Shown: one piece after another, positions 29,007 through 39,615 of the stretch
Layout of the letters: each line of letters starts with the position of its first letter
Numbering within the stretch: position 1 is the stretch's first letter
DNA from: Hyphomicrobium sp.
GTDB lineage: Bacteria; Pseudomonadota; Alphaproteobacteria; Rhizobiales; Hyphomicrobiaceae
Length of the DNA: 64,000 bases
Assembly: GCA_035687305.1 (NCBI GenBank)
Contig: DASRYA010000181.1
Location: 7,527 to 71,526, forward strand
Direction of reading: 5' to 3'
Made by a program: the position numbers and the translations under genes
Notes under the pieces: generated by a model
Told to the model about the DNA's origin: nothing
The model's database searches: none
The model's input: the letters and a program-made list of their open reading frames with translations, nothing else

Positions 29007-29903
29007 TCACGCCGGCGGCTTGCCGGGATAGAAGATCGCGAGCGGGGCGGCGTAATCGGGCAGGGAAAGCGCCGCTGGCATCTCCTCCCCTGTCGCGAGA
29101 AACTCCGGCAGCAGATGCGTGTGCGCACCTGTCGATGACCTTCCACCGGGCGGCGGAATGGGCGCGAAAACCTCGATGCGGGCGAGCTGCGATTCAACGA
29201 CACGCGCGGGGCTTTTGGCGATGATCTCGGGCCCCACCTGCGCGAGCACCTCGCCCCATGAGCGCCCCGAAAACGCCCGCAGCGTCGCGATCAAATCAGG
29301 ATCGTCCGTGCGCACGCAAAAGCGGCTTGCGCGCCGCCCGAGCCCGAAATCGAACAGCTCATGGCTGCTGCGGTCTTCATCGATGGCGTCGATATCGGTG
29401 CCGAGCGGCGTGAACACCGATCCGGTAACGAGGCTCACGCGGCCGCGGGGAAACCCGAGCACGATCGGCCCGTCGCCATCGAAGGCGAACGCGCGCACCT
29501 TGTCGGTCACCCGCAGCCGGAAGCGGGCATCGTGCGCACGGCCGGCGACGAAGTCGCTTCCCGTTTCGACGGTCACCTCGCGTCCCGCAAGGCAGGGGAA
29601 CTCAGCCGCGCCCCCAGGAACGCCCGTGACCCAAGTGCCCTTGCGCGCAGAAATCGTTTCCGCGACCCAGTCGCGAATTTCATCGCCGATGAGCGGCAGC
29701 AGCCGCACGCGAACGGCCAGCGCCGCGAGCCGCTCGGGCAGCTTCGCCCAGATTGCATCCCGCTCCGGCTCGCCAAGGCCCGACCACGCGCCGATCTCTC
29801 CGCCGGTGCGGCCGCAGCCGAGGCAGAAGCCCGACTGCTCATCGAGCTTGCACACGCCGATACATGGCGAATGGCGCGGACGCGTTGGGAGAGTGACGGT
29901 CAT
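29007..29903 (-). CDS. DUF1289 (putative Fe-S) domain fused to uncharacterised domain
   Basis: SPCIGVC..CLGCGRT..EI..W N-terminus; ~240 aa C-terminal domain with FCVRT and GAHTHLLP. Confidence 0.75.
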   Translation of the reverse strand: MTVTLPTRPRHSPCIGVCKLDEQSGFCLGCGRTGGEIGAWSGLGEPERDAIWAKLPERLAALAVRVRLLPLIGDEIRDWVAETISARKGTWVTGVPGGAAEFPCLAGREVTVETGSDFVAGRAHDARFRLRVTDKVRAFAFDGDGPIVLGFPRGRVSLVTGSVFTPLGTDIDAIDEDRSSHELFDFGLGRRASRFCVRTDDPDLIATLRAFSGRSWGEVLAQVGPEIIAKSPARVVESQLARIEVFAPIPPPGGRSSTGAHTHLLPEFLATGEEMPAALSLPDYAAPLAIFYPGKPPA

Positions 29904-29988
29904 GATTGCATTCCTAGATCATTCCTCAGGGGTCGCAAACGGGTGTTCGATCCGCCGCTCGGCCACGATATGCGCAGACATAGCGCGA

Positions 29989-31470
29989 TCACCCGTCGCG
30001 CTTCGGCGCGCGCGCAATCTGCAGGATCGCATCGCAGTCGACATGCTGCTCGAGGTGAGCGGCCAGCCCGTCGAGTGTCGCTTCATAGTCGTGCTCGTAG
30101 CGCAGCGCCGCGGCTCCGGCGCCGATGCGCTGCATCCAGGCGGCGCGCTGCCCATCGTCCGCGAAAAGCCCGTGGACATAGCAACCGCTCGCCAAACCGT
30201 CTGCGCTCACGGCGCCGTCGCTGCGGCCATCGGCAAACGCGAGCAGCGCGCGCGCGCCATCGGCGCCCGCCGTGCGTCCGACGTGCATTTCATAGCCACG
30301 GAACGGCGCGCCGCTGCGCGTGCACGCACCCGCTACCTCCAGCAGCGTCTTCTCGCCCGTAAGCTCCGTCTCGACATCGAGCAGGCCCAATCCGGCTACG
30401 CAGCCTGCCTCGCCTTCCATGCCGGCCGGGTCGGTGATCGAACGCCCGAGCATCTGATAGCCCCCGCAGATGCCGAGCACCTGCCCGCCACGCCGCAGAT
30501 GCGCGCGCAGGTCGATATCCCAGCCCGTATCCCGCAGCGCCTGGAGGTCGGCGATGGTCGCCTTCGAGCCGGGCAGGATGACGAGCGCGGCATCACCCGG
30601 GATCGGCGTGCCGGGCCCGATGAAGGTGAGATCCATGGAAGGCTCGAGCCGCAGCGGATCGAAATCGTCGAAGTTCGAGATGCGCGGATATGCCAGCACG
30701 ACGACACGCGTCTTGCCGGCGCTCTCCTTCGTGGCGCGACGCTGGATGCCGAGTGCATCCTCTTCGGGAAGCCGGTGCGCGTCGTGAAAATATGGGACGA
30801 GCCCCAGCGCCCGCCAACTCGTGAGTTCCGCGATGTGCGCCATCCCGTCCTGAAACAGCGCCGGATCCCCGCGGAACTTGTTGACGATGAAGCCTTCCAC
30901 CATGCGCGCGTCCTGCGCCGATAGCACCGCCTTCGTGCCGGCGAGACTTGCGATCACGCCACCGCGGTCGATGTCACCGATCAGCACGACGGGCACGTCG
31001 GCGCGGCACGCAAAGCCCATGTTCGCAATGTCGTTGGCGCGCAGGTTCACCTCGGACGCCGAGCCCGCGCCTTCGACGAGAACGATGTCGGCTTCGGCGC
31101 TGAGCCTTCCGAAACTGTCCATCACCGCCGCCATGAGATCGGCTTTGAGCGTCTGATAGGCGGCCGCCTTCGCGTTGCCGATCACGCGGCCCTGCACGAC
31201 GACCTGCGCGCCGACATTGCTCTGCGGCTTCAAGAGCACGGGGTTCATGTGCACGGTCGGCGCCACACCCGCCGCCCGCGCCTGCAACGCCTGAGCGCGT
31301 CCGATCTCGCCGCCATCGGCCGTGACAGCGGCATTGTTCGACATGTTCTGCGGCTTGAACGGAAGAACGCGCAGGCCCCTGTTTCGAAATGCGCGCGCAA
31401 GGCCGGCGACAAGCAGCGACTTGCCGACGTCCGAGCCCGTGCCCTGAAACATGATGGCCCGCGCCGCCAT
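29989..31470 (-). CDS. cobQ: Cobyric acid synthase
   Basis: [42 protein letters not shown]. Confidence 0.95.
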   Translation of the reverse strand: MAARAIMFQGTGSDVGKSLLVAGLARAFRNRGLRVLPFKPQNMSNNAAVTADGGEIGRAQALQARAAGVAPTVHMNPVLLKPQSNVGAQVVVQGRVIGNAKAAAYQTLKADLMAAVMDSFGRLSAEADIVLVEGAGSASEVNLRANDIANMGFACRADVPVVLIGDIDRGGVIASLAGTKAVLSAQDARMVEGFIVNKFRGDPALFQDGMAHIAELTSWRALGLVPYFHDAHRLPEEDALGIQRRATKESAGKTRVVVLAYPRISNFDDFDPLRLEPSMDLTFIGPGTPIPGDAALVILPGSKATIADLQALRDTGWDIDLRAHLRRGGQVLGICGGYQMLGRSITDPAGMEGEAGCVAGLGLLDVETELTGEKTLLEVAGACTRSGAPFRGYEMHVGRTAGADGARALLAFADGRSDGAVSADGLASGCYVHGLFADDGQRAAWMQRIGAGAAALRYEHDYEATLDGLAAHLEQHVDCDAILQIARAPKRDG

Positions 31471-32081
31471 CAGAACTCGATGCCCTCCTGGGCCTTCACG
31501 CCCGCCGCGAAGTGATGCTTCACGGGCGTCATATCGGTCACGAGATCGGCCGCCTCGATCAGCTCCGGCTTCGCGTTCCGCCCCGTGACGACGATATGCA
31601 GATCGTTCCGGCGCCCTTGCAGCACCGACACGACCTCGGCAATGTCGAGGTGATCGTAGCGCAGCGAGATGTTCAGCTCATCGAGGATCAGCATCCGGAT
31701 GCCCGGATCGGCCATCAGCTCCTTCGCCTTCACCCACGCCCGCTCGGCGGCGGCGACGTCGCGCGCACGGTCCTGCGTTTCCCAGGTGAAGCCCTCACCC
31801 AGCGTATGCCAGACGACCTGGTCGCCGAACTTCGCCGCCGCGGTGCGCTCGCCCGTATCCCAGGCGCCCTTGCCGAACTGCACGACACCCGCCCGCATGC
31901 CGCGGCCGAGCGCGCGCATCAGAAGGCCGAACGCTGCAGTCGATTTTCCCTTGCCCTTGCCGGTGTGGACGATCAGCAGCCCCTTCTCGATGGTCTTGCC
32001 GGCCACCTCGGCGTCCTGCGCCGCCTTGCGGTTCGCCATCTTCGACTTGTGACGCTCTGCATCCTGCGTTGTCTCGGTCAT
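31470..32081 (-). CDS. cobO: Cob(I)yrinic acid a,c-diamide adenosyltransferase
   Basis: [37 protein letters not shown]. Confidence 0.95.
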   Translation of the reverse strand: MTETTQDAERHKSKMANRKAAQDAEVAGKTIEKGLLIVHTGKGKGKSTAAFGLLMRALGRGMRAGVVQFGKGAWDTGERTAAAKFGDQVVWHTLGEGFTWETQDRARDVAAAERAWVKAKELMADPGIRMLILDELNISLRYDHLDIAEVVSVLQGRRNDLHIVVTGRNAKPELIEAADLVTDMTPVKHHFAAGVKAQEGIEF

Positions 32082-32250
32082 GATCGCTCCTGGGAAAATC
32101 CAATGCTGCCGCCGGTCGATGCATTCATCGCATCAACCGCGCGCGCGCCGATGAGCCGAAATGCCGCGACGGCCATGCCGAGCCGGATGGGGCCGGTGAT
32201 ACTTGCGGCATATTCCATTGACGGAACTCGTCCGAAAGCCTTATCAAGCG

Positions 32251-32422
32251 AGAGACGGTACCCCGCAAGGGGTTCAAAAGGGAATGCGGTGAAGCCCCAG
32301 AGGCAAATTCCGCAACTGCCCCCGCAACTGTAATCGGCGAGTTTGAAGCCCGCTCACCACTGGTCTGTACCGGGAAGGTGGCCTCAAGCGACGACCCGAG
32401 AGTCAGGAGACCTGCCGTCCCC
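32251..32422 (+). ncRNA. Cobalamin riboswitch
   Basis: AAAGGGAATGCGGTG, CCGCAACTGCCCCCGCAACTGT, CCACTG..GGGAAGG, AGTCAGGAGACCTGCC B12 box; GACGG/CCGTC closing stem; upstream of cbtB. Confidence 0.95.
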
Positions 32423-32461
32423 ATAGCTCGCAGGCCACGGTGGGGTGGCCAAGGAGGCGGA

Positions 32462-32647
32462 ATGAATACGCACACGCAATCTACGACGGCAGTTGAAGTC
32501 GGCGCGCGCGCTGATACGCGGATCGCTGCGCTTTTCGCGCTCGCAATGGGCATCGGCCTCGTCTTTACGACCGGTTTTGCTCACCCCACGACGATCCACA
32601 ACGCTGCGCACGATACGCGTCATGCGCTGAGCTTCCCCTGCCACTGA
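32462..32647 (+). CDS. cbtB: Cobalt transporter subunit CbtB
   Basis: One TM helix plus HNAAHDTRHALSFPCH; RBS AAGGAGG. Confidence 0.93.
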   Translation: MNTHTQSTTAVEVGARADTRIAALFALAMGIGLVFTTGFAHPTTIHNAAHDTRHALSFPCH

Positions 32648-32656
32648 GGGATTGCC

Positions 32657-33409
32657 GTGATCACCCGCGTACTTGCGGTCGGCCTGCTGGCCGGCCTGAT
32701 TGCTGGCGTCAGCATCGCCGTGATGCAGGCGTTTACGACGACGCCGCTCATCATCGCCGCTGAAACCTACGAACACGCCCCGCACGAGCACGCGTTCAGC
32801 GCGTCACCGCACCTCGTGCGTGCCGTTGCGATGGCTGCACCGGCGCGCATCATCCCCGTACATCAGGTGACAGGCGAAGAGGCCCATGATGCCTGGACGC
32901 CTGCCGATGGCTGGGAGCGCACGTTCTACACGAGCACCGCGACCGTCGGCACGGCGGTAGGCTTTGCGTTTCTGCTCCTCGCCGGCATGCTCTACGCCGG
33001 CGGCGCCATAACCGAACGGCGCGCGATGGGCTGGGCGGCGGCGGCGTTCGCGGCAACCGGACTTGCACCCGCGATGGGCTTGCCGCCCGAGCTGCCGGGC
33101 ATGGACGCGGCCGGCCTCGTAGACCGGCAGATCTGGTGGATCGGCACCGCCGTCGCGAGCGCCATCGCGCTGTGGCTGTTCCTGCGCTCTGACGCGGTTG
33201 CACTCAAGATTCTGGCGATCGCACTTCTCGTGCTCCCGCACGCCATCGGCGCGCCGCACCTCGCCGAGGCCCATGCATCGAGCGTACCGGCGGATCTTGC
33301 TGCACGCTTCGCCGCCACCTCGCTCGCGGTGCAGGCATCGCTCTGGGCCATCACGGGCTTTCTCGTGGGCATCCTCTGGCCGAGGATCGGAGAAGACCAT
33401 GGCGGATGA
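32657..33409 (+). CDS. cbtA: Cobalt transporter subunit CbtA
   Basis: TPLIIAAETYE, WTPADGWER, GLPPELPG, RQIWW, PHAIGAP. Confidence 0.93.
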   Translation: MITRVLAVGLLAGLIAGVSIAVMQAFTTTPLIIAAETYEHAPHEHAFSASPHLVRAVAMAAPARIIPVHQVTGEEAHDAWTPADGWERTFYTSTATVGTAVGFAFLLLAGMLYAGGAITERRAMGWAAAAFAATGLAPAMGLPPELPGMDAAGLVDRQIWWIGTAVASAIALWLFLRSDAVALKILAIALLVLPHAIGAPHLAEAHASSVPADLAARFAATSLAVQASLWAITGFLVGILWPRIGEDHGG

Positions 33410-33839
33410 GACCGCCATCGCGACCCGGCCCAATGTCCGCAGCGAGGTTTCTTCCCGCGTCGTCGTCTTCGTTTGCACCGCCTGTGGCAAAACGGAAGGA
33501 ACCGGCGACGAGCACGGCCGCAAAAGCGTTGCCGACGTCATCGGCAATGGTCTGCGCGACGCGGGCATCACCGACGTCGCGGTGAGGAATGTCGAATGCC
33601 TCGCGGTGTGCAAGCGCCCGGCGACGATCGCCATCACCGCCCCCGACAGCTGGACCTATATCCTCGGTGACCTCGACGCCGATGCCGACCCGCAGGGCAT
33701 CGTCGACACCGTCCTCGCCTATCGCCGCTCAGCGAACGGCATCGTGCCGTGGGCCGAGCGCCCGGCGGTGTTCCGCAAGGGTGTGATCGCCCGCGTCCCA
33801 CCCCAAAGCTTCGTTCAACCGGAGAGGAAAAGCGCATGA
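33399..33839 (+). CDS. DUF1636 family putative metal-binding protein
   Basis: VCTAC, VECLAVCKRP, WTYILGDL, PWAERP..FRKGVIARVPP. Confidence 0.85.
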   Translation: MADETAIATRPNVRSEVSSRVVVFVCTACGKTEGTGDEHGRKSVADVIGNGLRDAGITDVAVRNVECLAVCKRPATIAITAPDSWTYILGDLDADADPQGIVDTVLAYRRSANGIVPWAERPAVFRKGVIARVPPQSFVQPERKSA

Positions 33840-34873
33840 GCAGCTTCGCCAAGGTTCCATGCAGCATCGTCACCGGCTTCCTCGGCGCCGGCAAAACCAC
33901 CCTCGTGCGCCACGTGCTGCAGAATGCGGGCGGAAGGCGCCTCGCGGTGATCGTCAACGAGTTTGGCGATGTCGGCATCGACGGCGAGATCCTGAAAACC
34001 TGCGGCATCGAGGGCTGCGGCGAGGAAAGCATCGTCGAGCTCGCCAACGGCTGCATCTGCTGCACCGTGGCCGACGATTTCGTGCCCGCGCTGGAAGGGC
34101 TGCTGTCGCTTGCAACCCCGCCGGAGCACATCCTCATCGAGACTTCGGGCCTCGCGCTGCCGAAGCCGCTGGTGCAGGCGTTCAACTGGCCGGCGATCGC
34201 TTCCCGCGTGACGGTGAGCGGCGTCATCACCGTCGTCGATGGACCTGCCGTCGCGGCGGGCCGTTTCGCCGATGATCCCGAAGCGCTCGCCGCGCAGCGG
34301 AGCGACGATGCGTCCGTCGATCACGACAACCCGCTCGAGGAGGTGTTCGAGGATCAGCTCCTCTGCGCCGACCTCATCGTGCTGAACAAGGCTGATCTCA
34401 TGTCGGCCGAAGACCGGGCGCGCGTGACGGACGAGATCAAGTCCGTCGTGCCGCGCGCGGTGAAGGTGGTGGAAGCGGAAGGCGCGCGGCTCGACGCCGC
34501 GGTGCTGCTGGGTCTCGATGCTGCGGCGGAGACCGATCTCGCCGCCCGTCCCTCGCACCACGACGCGGAGGAGGAGCACGACCACGACGATTTCGAGACC
34601 TTCATTCTCGATATCCCCGCCGTCGATCAGCCCGACGAGATCGTGAAACGCATCGCCGATGCTGCCGAGGCGCACGACATTCTGCGGGTGAAAGGCTTCG
34701 CCGACGTCAAGGGCAAGCCCATGCGGCTGCTGATCCAGGGCGTCGGCCAGCGCGTCCAGCAGCAGTTCGACCGCGTATGGGGTGCGCAGGAATCCCGGCA
34801 GGGCAAGCTCGTCGTGATCGGCCAGAAGGGCCTCGACCGCGACGCCATTGCCCGCGCCATCGCAGGTGAGTAG
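33836..34873 (+). CDS. cobW: Cobalamin biosynthesis COG0523 GTPase
   Basis: TGFLGAGKTT, NEFG, NGCICC, ETSGLA, NKAD, His-rich segment. Confidence 0.95.
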   Translation: MSSFAKVPCSIVTGFLGAGKTTLVRHVLQNAGGRRLAVIVNEFGDVGIDGEILKTCGIEGCGEESIVELANGCICCTVADDFVPALEGLLSLATPPEHILIETSGLALPKPLVQAFNWPAIASRVTVSGVITVVDGPAVAAGRFADDPEALAAQRSDDASVDHDNPLEEVFEDQLLCADLIVLNKADLMSAEDRARVTDEIKSVVPRAVKVVEAEGARLDAAVLLGLDAAAETDLAARPSHHDAEEEHDHDDFETFILDIPAVDQPDEIVKRIADAAEAHDILRVKGFADVKGKPMRLLIQGVGQRVQQQFDRVWGAQESRQGKLVVIGQKGLDRDAIARAIAGE

Positions 34874-34880
34874 CGCGTGA

Positions 34881-37800
34881 ATGCATCTCCTACCGACAGA
34901 GACGGCGGCGCTGGATGAGGTCGAGGCCGCCGTGGACCTCGGCCAGACCCCGGCCGACATCGTCCTGCTGTCGTTCAGCGACAGCGATCTGTCGGGGGTC
35001 GCCGCTGCCTGGGAGAAGCACCGCGATACGCTGCCGGGCCTGCGCCTCGCCAGCCTGAAGCGGCTGCGCCATCCGATGTCCGTCGACCTCTACGTCGATG
35101 CCGTCATCGCGAAAAGCCGCTTCGTCATCATCCGCAGCATCGGCGGCCTCGACTATTGGCGCTACGGTTTCGAGCGCGTCGCGCAGGCTTGCCGCGCGCG
35201 CCACATCCCGTTCGTGGCATTGCCGGGCGATGACCGCCCCGACGCGCGCCTCACCGCGCTCTCCACCGTGCCGCCCGATGCGATCGATCGCTTCGACGGC
35301 TATTTCCGCGAAGGGGGCCCGCACAATCTCACCCATGCGCTGAGGTTCGCCGGATCGTTTCTCGGGCGGCCAGAGCAGCACGACGCGCCGCAGACGCTCG
35401 GCCCCGCCATCGGCTTCATGCGGGATGGCGATACCTGCGCCATCACCGATTTCGCGCCAACGCGGCCTCAGCGCTCCGCTGCGCTTCTCCTTTTCTATCG
35501 CGCCAATCTGCTTGCTGCGGATACCGCACCCATTGAGGAGCTGTTGGCAGCGCTCGAGACGCAAGGCCTGGAGCCGTTCGCGGTTGCCGTGACCTCGCTG
35601 AAAGATCCCGCGGCCGCGGCGGAGATCGCCGCGCTCATCGCGCGGATACCGCCCGCCGTCGTCATCAATGCCACCGCCTTCTCCGCCCGCCGGGACGACG
35701 ACACCACCGTCCTCGATGCCGCGCGCTGCCCCGTTCTGCAGGTGGCGTTCTCCGGCTCGACCGAAGAAGCGTGGGCGCAGTCGGTCCGCGGGCTTTCGCC
35801 CACCGATCTGGCGATGAACGTCGTACTTCCCGAGCTCGACGGGCGCCTCTTCACGCGCGCGATCTCGTTCAAGGCCGAAAGCGCGCTCAATCCCGAACTC
35901 GAATACGCACGCGTGCTGCATCGGCCCGCGACCGACCGCATCCGGTTCGTGGCGAAGCTTGCGGCGGCGTGGGCCTCCCTCGGCGCCAAGGCGCGCGCGC
36001 AGCGGCGCATCGCGCTGATGATCTCCGACTATCCCGCCCGCGGCGGGCGCACCGGATACGCCTGCGGCCTCGACACCCCGGAAAGTGTCCGCGAAATCGT
36101 GTCGCTGCTCGCATCCGCCGGCTACGAAACCCGCAGCGCCGATTGGCCCGCGCAGGAGATCATCGCGCATCTCACCCGGAAAGATGCGCCCGAACGCCTG
36201 TCCGTGCCCCTCGCCCGCTACAGAGAGTGGCTGGCGCAGGAGGATGAATCCGTCGGCCGAACCATCGACGATGCCTGGGGCGCGCCGGAGAGCGATCCCG
36301 CCTATGCCGAGGGCAGCTTCCACTATCCATGCCTGCGCGCGGGCAACGTCCTCGTCGTGCTGCAGCCGGATCGCGGATCGCGCGGCGACCGCAAAGAGGG
36401 CTACCACGACACCGCCTGTCCGCCCCGGCACGCCTACGCTGCGCTCTACATGGCACTGCGCGAGGTGGAGCGCATCGACGCGCTCATCCACCTTGGAACG
36501 CACGGCACGCTCGAATGGCTGCCGGGCAAGGCGCTGGCGCTTTCGCGCGCCTGCTTCCCCGAGGCGCTGCTCGGCCCGGTGCCGGTCGTCTATCCCTTCA
36601 TCGTCAACAACCCCGGCGAGGCGGTGCAGGCGAAGCGGCGCATCGCCGGCGTCACGATCGGCCACCTGACGCCACCCTTGTCCGATGCGGGCCTGCACGG
36701 CCCCATGGCCGAGCTCGAGGGCCTGATCGAGGAATACGCCGACGCCGAAGGTGTCGACCGCAGGCGCGCGGGACTGCTCGAACGTGAGATCGTCGACCGC
36801 GCCTGGCGTTCGGGCCTTGCTGCCGATTGCGGTGTCGAAAAAACCGATACGCCGCGCGAAGCCATCGCGAAGCTCGACGCCCAGCTCTGCGATATCAAGG
36901 ATCTCAGCATCCGCGACCGCCGGCATATCTTCGGCCGCGATCCCGGGAGCGAAGCCCATAGCGATCTGACGCGCGCCACCTTGAAGAGCCTGGGCGATCG
37001 CGCCGCGGTCGACGCCGGCGATGTCGCCGCGCTCTACGGAAAATGCGCGGCCCATGAGCGCCACGCACTGCTGGAGGCGCTCGACGCACGCTTCGTCGCT
37101 CCCGGTCCCGCGGGCGCGCCCACGCGCGGCCGCCTCGACGTTCTCCCCACCGGACGAAACCTGACCGTCATCGATCCGCGGTCGATCCCCACACGCACCG
37201 CCGCAGCGATCGGGGCGCGCGCCGCCGACGAGGTGATCCGCCGCCACTTGCAAGACCACGGCGATTATCCGCGCTCGATCTTCCTAGACCTGTGGGCGTC
37301 GGCATCGCTGCGCACGGGCGGCGACGATCTCGCCCAGGCACTCGCCTACCTCGGCGTGCGCCCGACCTGGGACACCGGATCGAACCGCGTCACCGGCATC
37401 GAGATCATCCCGGCGCCGAAGCTCGACCGGCCGCGCATCGATGTCACGCTGCGCATCTCCGGCCTCTTCCGCGATATCTTCCCGGCGCAGATCGCGCTCT
37501 TCGATATGGCCGTGCACCGCGTCGCCGCGCTCGACGAGGACGAGGAGTGGAATCCGCTGGCGGCCCTGCGCCGCAAGGGCGGCAATCTCGCGCGCATCTT
37601 CGGCGGTGCGCCGGGCACCTACGGCGCGGGCACCGCCGAGGTGGTGCTGGATAGCGCATGGTCGACGCGCCGCGAGCTTGCCGACGCTTACCTCGCCGCC
37701 GGTGCATATGCCTATGGCGCCGCCGATGCCGCCGTCCGCGATGGCGAGGCGTTTGCAAGGCGGGTTGCTTCCGCCGATGTCCTCGTCCACCCGCAGGACG

Positions 37801-38327
37801 ACCGCGAGCGCGACCTGCTCGACGGCGATGGCGTCGCCGATTTCGTCGGGGGCTTTGCCGCCGCGGTGGATGCGCTCGGCGGTGAGGCGCCTGCCCTCTA
37901 CCACCTCGATACCAGCCAGCCCGAAAAGCCGGTGGCGCGAACGGTGCAGGAGGAGATCACCCGCATCGTCCGCGGCCGGCTCAGCAATCCCCGCTGGATC
38001 GCGGGAATGCTGAACCATGGCCACCGCGGATGCGCGGAGCTGGCCCAGGCCGTCGACGCGCTCTACGCCTTCGCGGCCGCAGCCGAAACAGTCCCCGGCC
38101 ATCTGATCGACGCCGTGCACGACGCGCTGATCGCAGACGCTGGCGTGCGCGAGGCGATCAGCGCCGCCAATCCCGAAGCCCTGGCGGCCATGACGGCGCG
38201 CCTGCAGGATCTCCTCGCGCGCGGGCTCTGGGTGTCGCGGCGGAACGCCGTCCATGTCGAGCTTGCGGCGGCCCAGCAGGCCGCGGAACATCGGCAGGGA
38301 CGCGGATCGCTGGAGGCCGCGCAATGA
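34881..38327 (+). CDS. cobN: Cobaltochelatase subunit CobN
   Basis: MHLL, HLGTHGTLEWLPGK, NNPGEAVQAKRR, LPTGRN, LRISGLFRD, NPRWIAG. Confidence 0.95.
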   Translation: MHLLPTETAALDEVEAAVDLGQTPADIVLLSFSDSDLSGVAAAWEKHRDTLPGLRLASLKRLRHPMSVDLYVDAVIAKSRFVIIRSIGGLDYWRYGFERVAQACRARHIPFVALPGDDRPDARLTALSTVPPDAIDRFDGYFREGGPHNLTHALRFAGSFLGRPEQHDAPQTLGPAIGFMRDGDTCAITDFAPTRPQRSAALLLFYRANLLAADTAPIEELLAALETQGLEPFAVAVTSLKDPAAAAEIAALIARIPPAVVINATAFSARRDDDTTVLDAARCPVLQVAFSGSTEEAWAQSVRGLSPTDLAMNVVLPELDGRLFTRAISFKAESALNPELEYARVLHRPATDRIRFVAKLAAAWASLGAKARAQRRIALMISDYPARGGRTGYACGLDTPESVREIVSLLASAGYETRSADWPAQEIIAHLTRKDAPERLSVPLARYREWLAQEDESVGRTIDDAWGAPESDPAYAEGSFHYPCLRAGNVLVVLQPDRGSRGDRKEGYHDTACPPRHAYAALYMALREVERIDALIHLGTHGTLEWLPGKALALSRACFPEALLGPVPVVYPFIVNNPGEAVQAKRRIAGVTIGHLTPPLSDAGLHGPMAELEGLIEEYADAEGVDRRRAGLLEREIVDRAWRSGLAADCGVEKTDTPREAIAKLDAQLCDIKDLSIRDRRHIFGRDPGSEAHSDLTRATLKSLGDRAAVDAGDVAALYGKCAAHERHALLEALDARFVAPGPAGAPTRGRLDVLPTGRNLTVIDPRSIPTRTAAAIGARAADEVIRRHLQDHGDYPRSIFLDLWASASLRTGGDDLAQALAYLGVRPTWDTGSNRVTGIEIIPAPKLDRPRIDVTLRISGLFRDIFPAQIALFDMAVHRVAALDEDEEWNPLAALRRKGGNLARIFGGAPGTYGAGTAEVVLDSAWSTRRELADAYLAAGAYAYGAADAAVRDGEAFARRVASADVLVHPQDDRERDLLDGDGVADFVGGFAAAVDALGGEAPALYHLDTSQPEKPVARTVQEEITRIVRGRLSNPRWIAGMLNHGHRGCAELAQAVDALYAFAAAAETVPGHLIDAVHDALIADAGVREAISAANPEALAAMTARLQDLLARGLWVSRRNAVHVELAAAQQAAEHRQGRGSLEAAQ

Positions 38328-39604
38328 ACGCGACCTTGCAACAGCCAACGGTGCGCGGGTGGTGCCCCGGCGCGCTGCGTCCGATGGAGAGCGGCGATGG
38401 TCTCATCGTGCGCATCCGTCCGCGCGCGGGCGCCTTCCGCTGCGCCGAGCTCACGGCCGTTGCGGAGCTCTCGATGCGCTACGGCAACGGCCATATCGAT
38501 CTGACCCGGCGGGCCAATCTGCAACTGCGCGGCGTCACTGCCGCGAGCCTCCCCGCGCTATGGAACGGGCTGCGGGCGCACGGGCTGCTCGATGCGAATG
38601 CCGAAGCCGAATCCGTTCGCAACGTGATGGTCGGTCCCCTCGCCGGCATCGACCCGGCGGAAATCATCGATCCGCGGCCTATCGCCGAAAGGCTCGAGCA
38701 AGGCCTCGCCGATCACGCCGCGCTATGGCGCCTCCCCGGCAAGTTCGGCTTCGCCGTCGATGGCGGCGGCCGCTGCGGCCTGGACGGCGAACGCGCGGAT
38801 ATCCGTTTACGCGCGGACGGAATAGATGGCGCGGCCCCCATCGCGGTGGGTTTGGACCGGGCCGATGGGATCGACTGGCTCGGCCATACGGGCGCCATCG
38901 AGGCCGCGGACGTCGCGTTGTATATCGCGCGCGCATTCGTCGCCGCATCCATCGCGCCCCGCGCGCGTATGCGCGATCTTCCGAACCAAATTTATGGGAC
39001 GCTGCGCGCGCGGATCGCCGCGCAGCTTAGCCCGCTACCCGGCCCACACCCCCTTCCGAATCCTTCGGGCCGCGAGTTGGGCGTGCTGGATGAGGCCGGG
39101 AAGCCGTTTGCCGTCGGTCTCGCCGCGCCCTTCGGGCGGCTGGAGGCGGCCTCGTTACGTGGGCTTGCGGAAGCCGCGCATCGCCTCGGCGCCGTGTCGT
39201 TGCGGCCATCGCCCTGGCGCACACTCTATGCCCCGGTCAACGGTTCAGCCGACGCGAGCGCTCTCTTGGCCGCCGGAGCCGCCCTCGGCTTCATCGCGGA
39301 CGCACGCGATCCCCTTCTGCGCATCGAAGCCTGCCCCGGCGCTCCCGGCTGCCGTTCCGCCACATTCGACGCGCACGCCATTGCCCGCCGGATTGCCCCC
39401 CTGCTACCGGATGTGGGATGCCGGACCTGCCACATATCCGGTTGCGCGAAAGGCTGTGCCTCATCGCGAGTATCCGAGCTGGTGCTCGTGGGGATAGAAG
39501 GCGGTATCGGCATCGCGCGAAACAGCACACCGCGAGAGGCCCCCCGTGTCCTCTTGTCACCCGATCGGCTGGAGGAGTTGCGCACCCTCTACGCAACGCT
39601 TTAG
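38324..39604 (+). CDS. cobG: Precorrin-3B synthase
   Basis: RGWCPGALRPMESGDG, TRRANLQLRG, LPGKF, ACPGAPGC, HISGCAKGC. Confidence 0.93.
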   Translation: MNATLQQPTVRGWCPGALRPMESGDGLIVRIRPRAGAFRCAELTAVAELSMRYGNGHIDLTRRANLQLRGVTAASLPALWNGLRAHGLLDANAEAESVRNVMVGPLAGIDPAEIIDPRPIAERLEQGLADHAALWRLPGKFGFAVDGGGRCGLDGERADIRLRADGIDGAAPIAVGLDRADGIDWLGHTGAIEAADVALYIARAFVAASIAPRARMRDLPNQIYGTLRARIAAQLSPLPGPHPLPNPSGRELGVLDEAGKPFAVGLAAPFGRLEAASLRGLAEAAHRLGAVSLRPSPWRTLYAPVNGSADASALLAAGAALGFIADARDPLLRIEACPGAPGCRSATFDAHAIARRIAPLLPDVGCRTCHISGCAKGCASSRVSELVLVGIEGGIGIARNSTPREAPRVLLSPDRLEELRTLYATL

Positions 39605-39615
39605 GTCCCGTCGCA

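Noticed and set aside
34890-37259. Long antisense ORFs (also 24804-26678, 50624-52345, 58907-60748, 61496-63295)
   Set aside because: Shadow frames expected from high-GC codon bias opposite well-supported genes; no recognisable motifs
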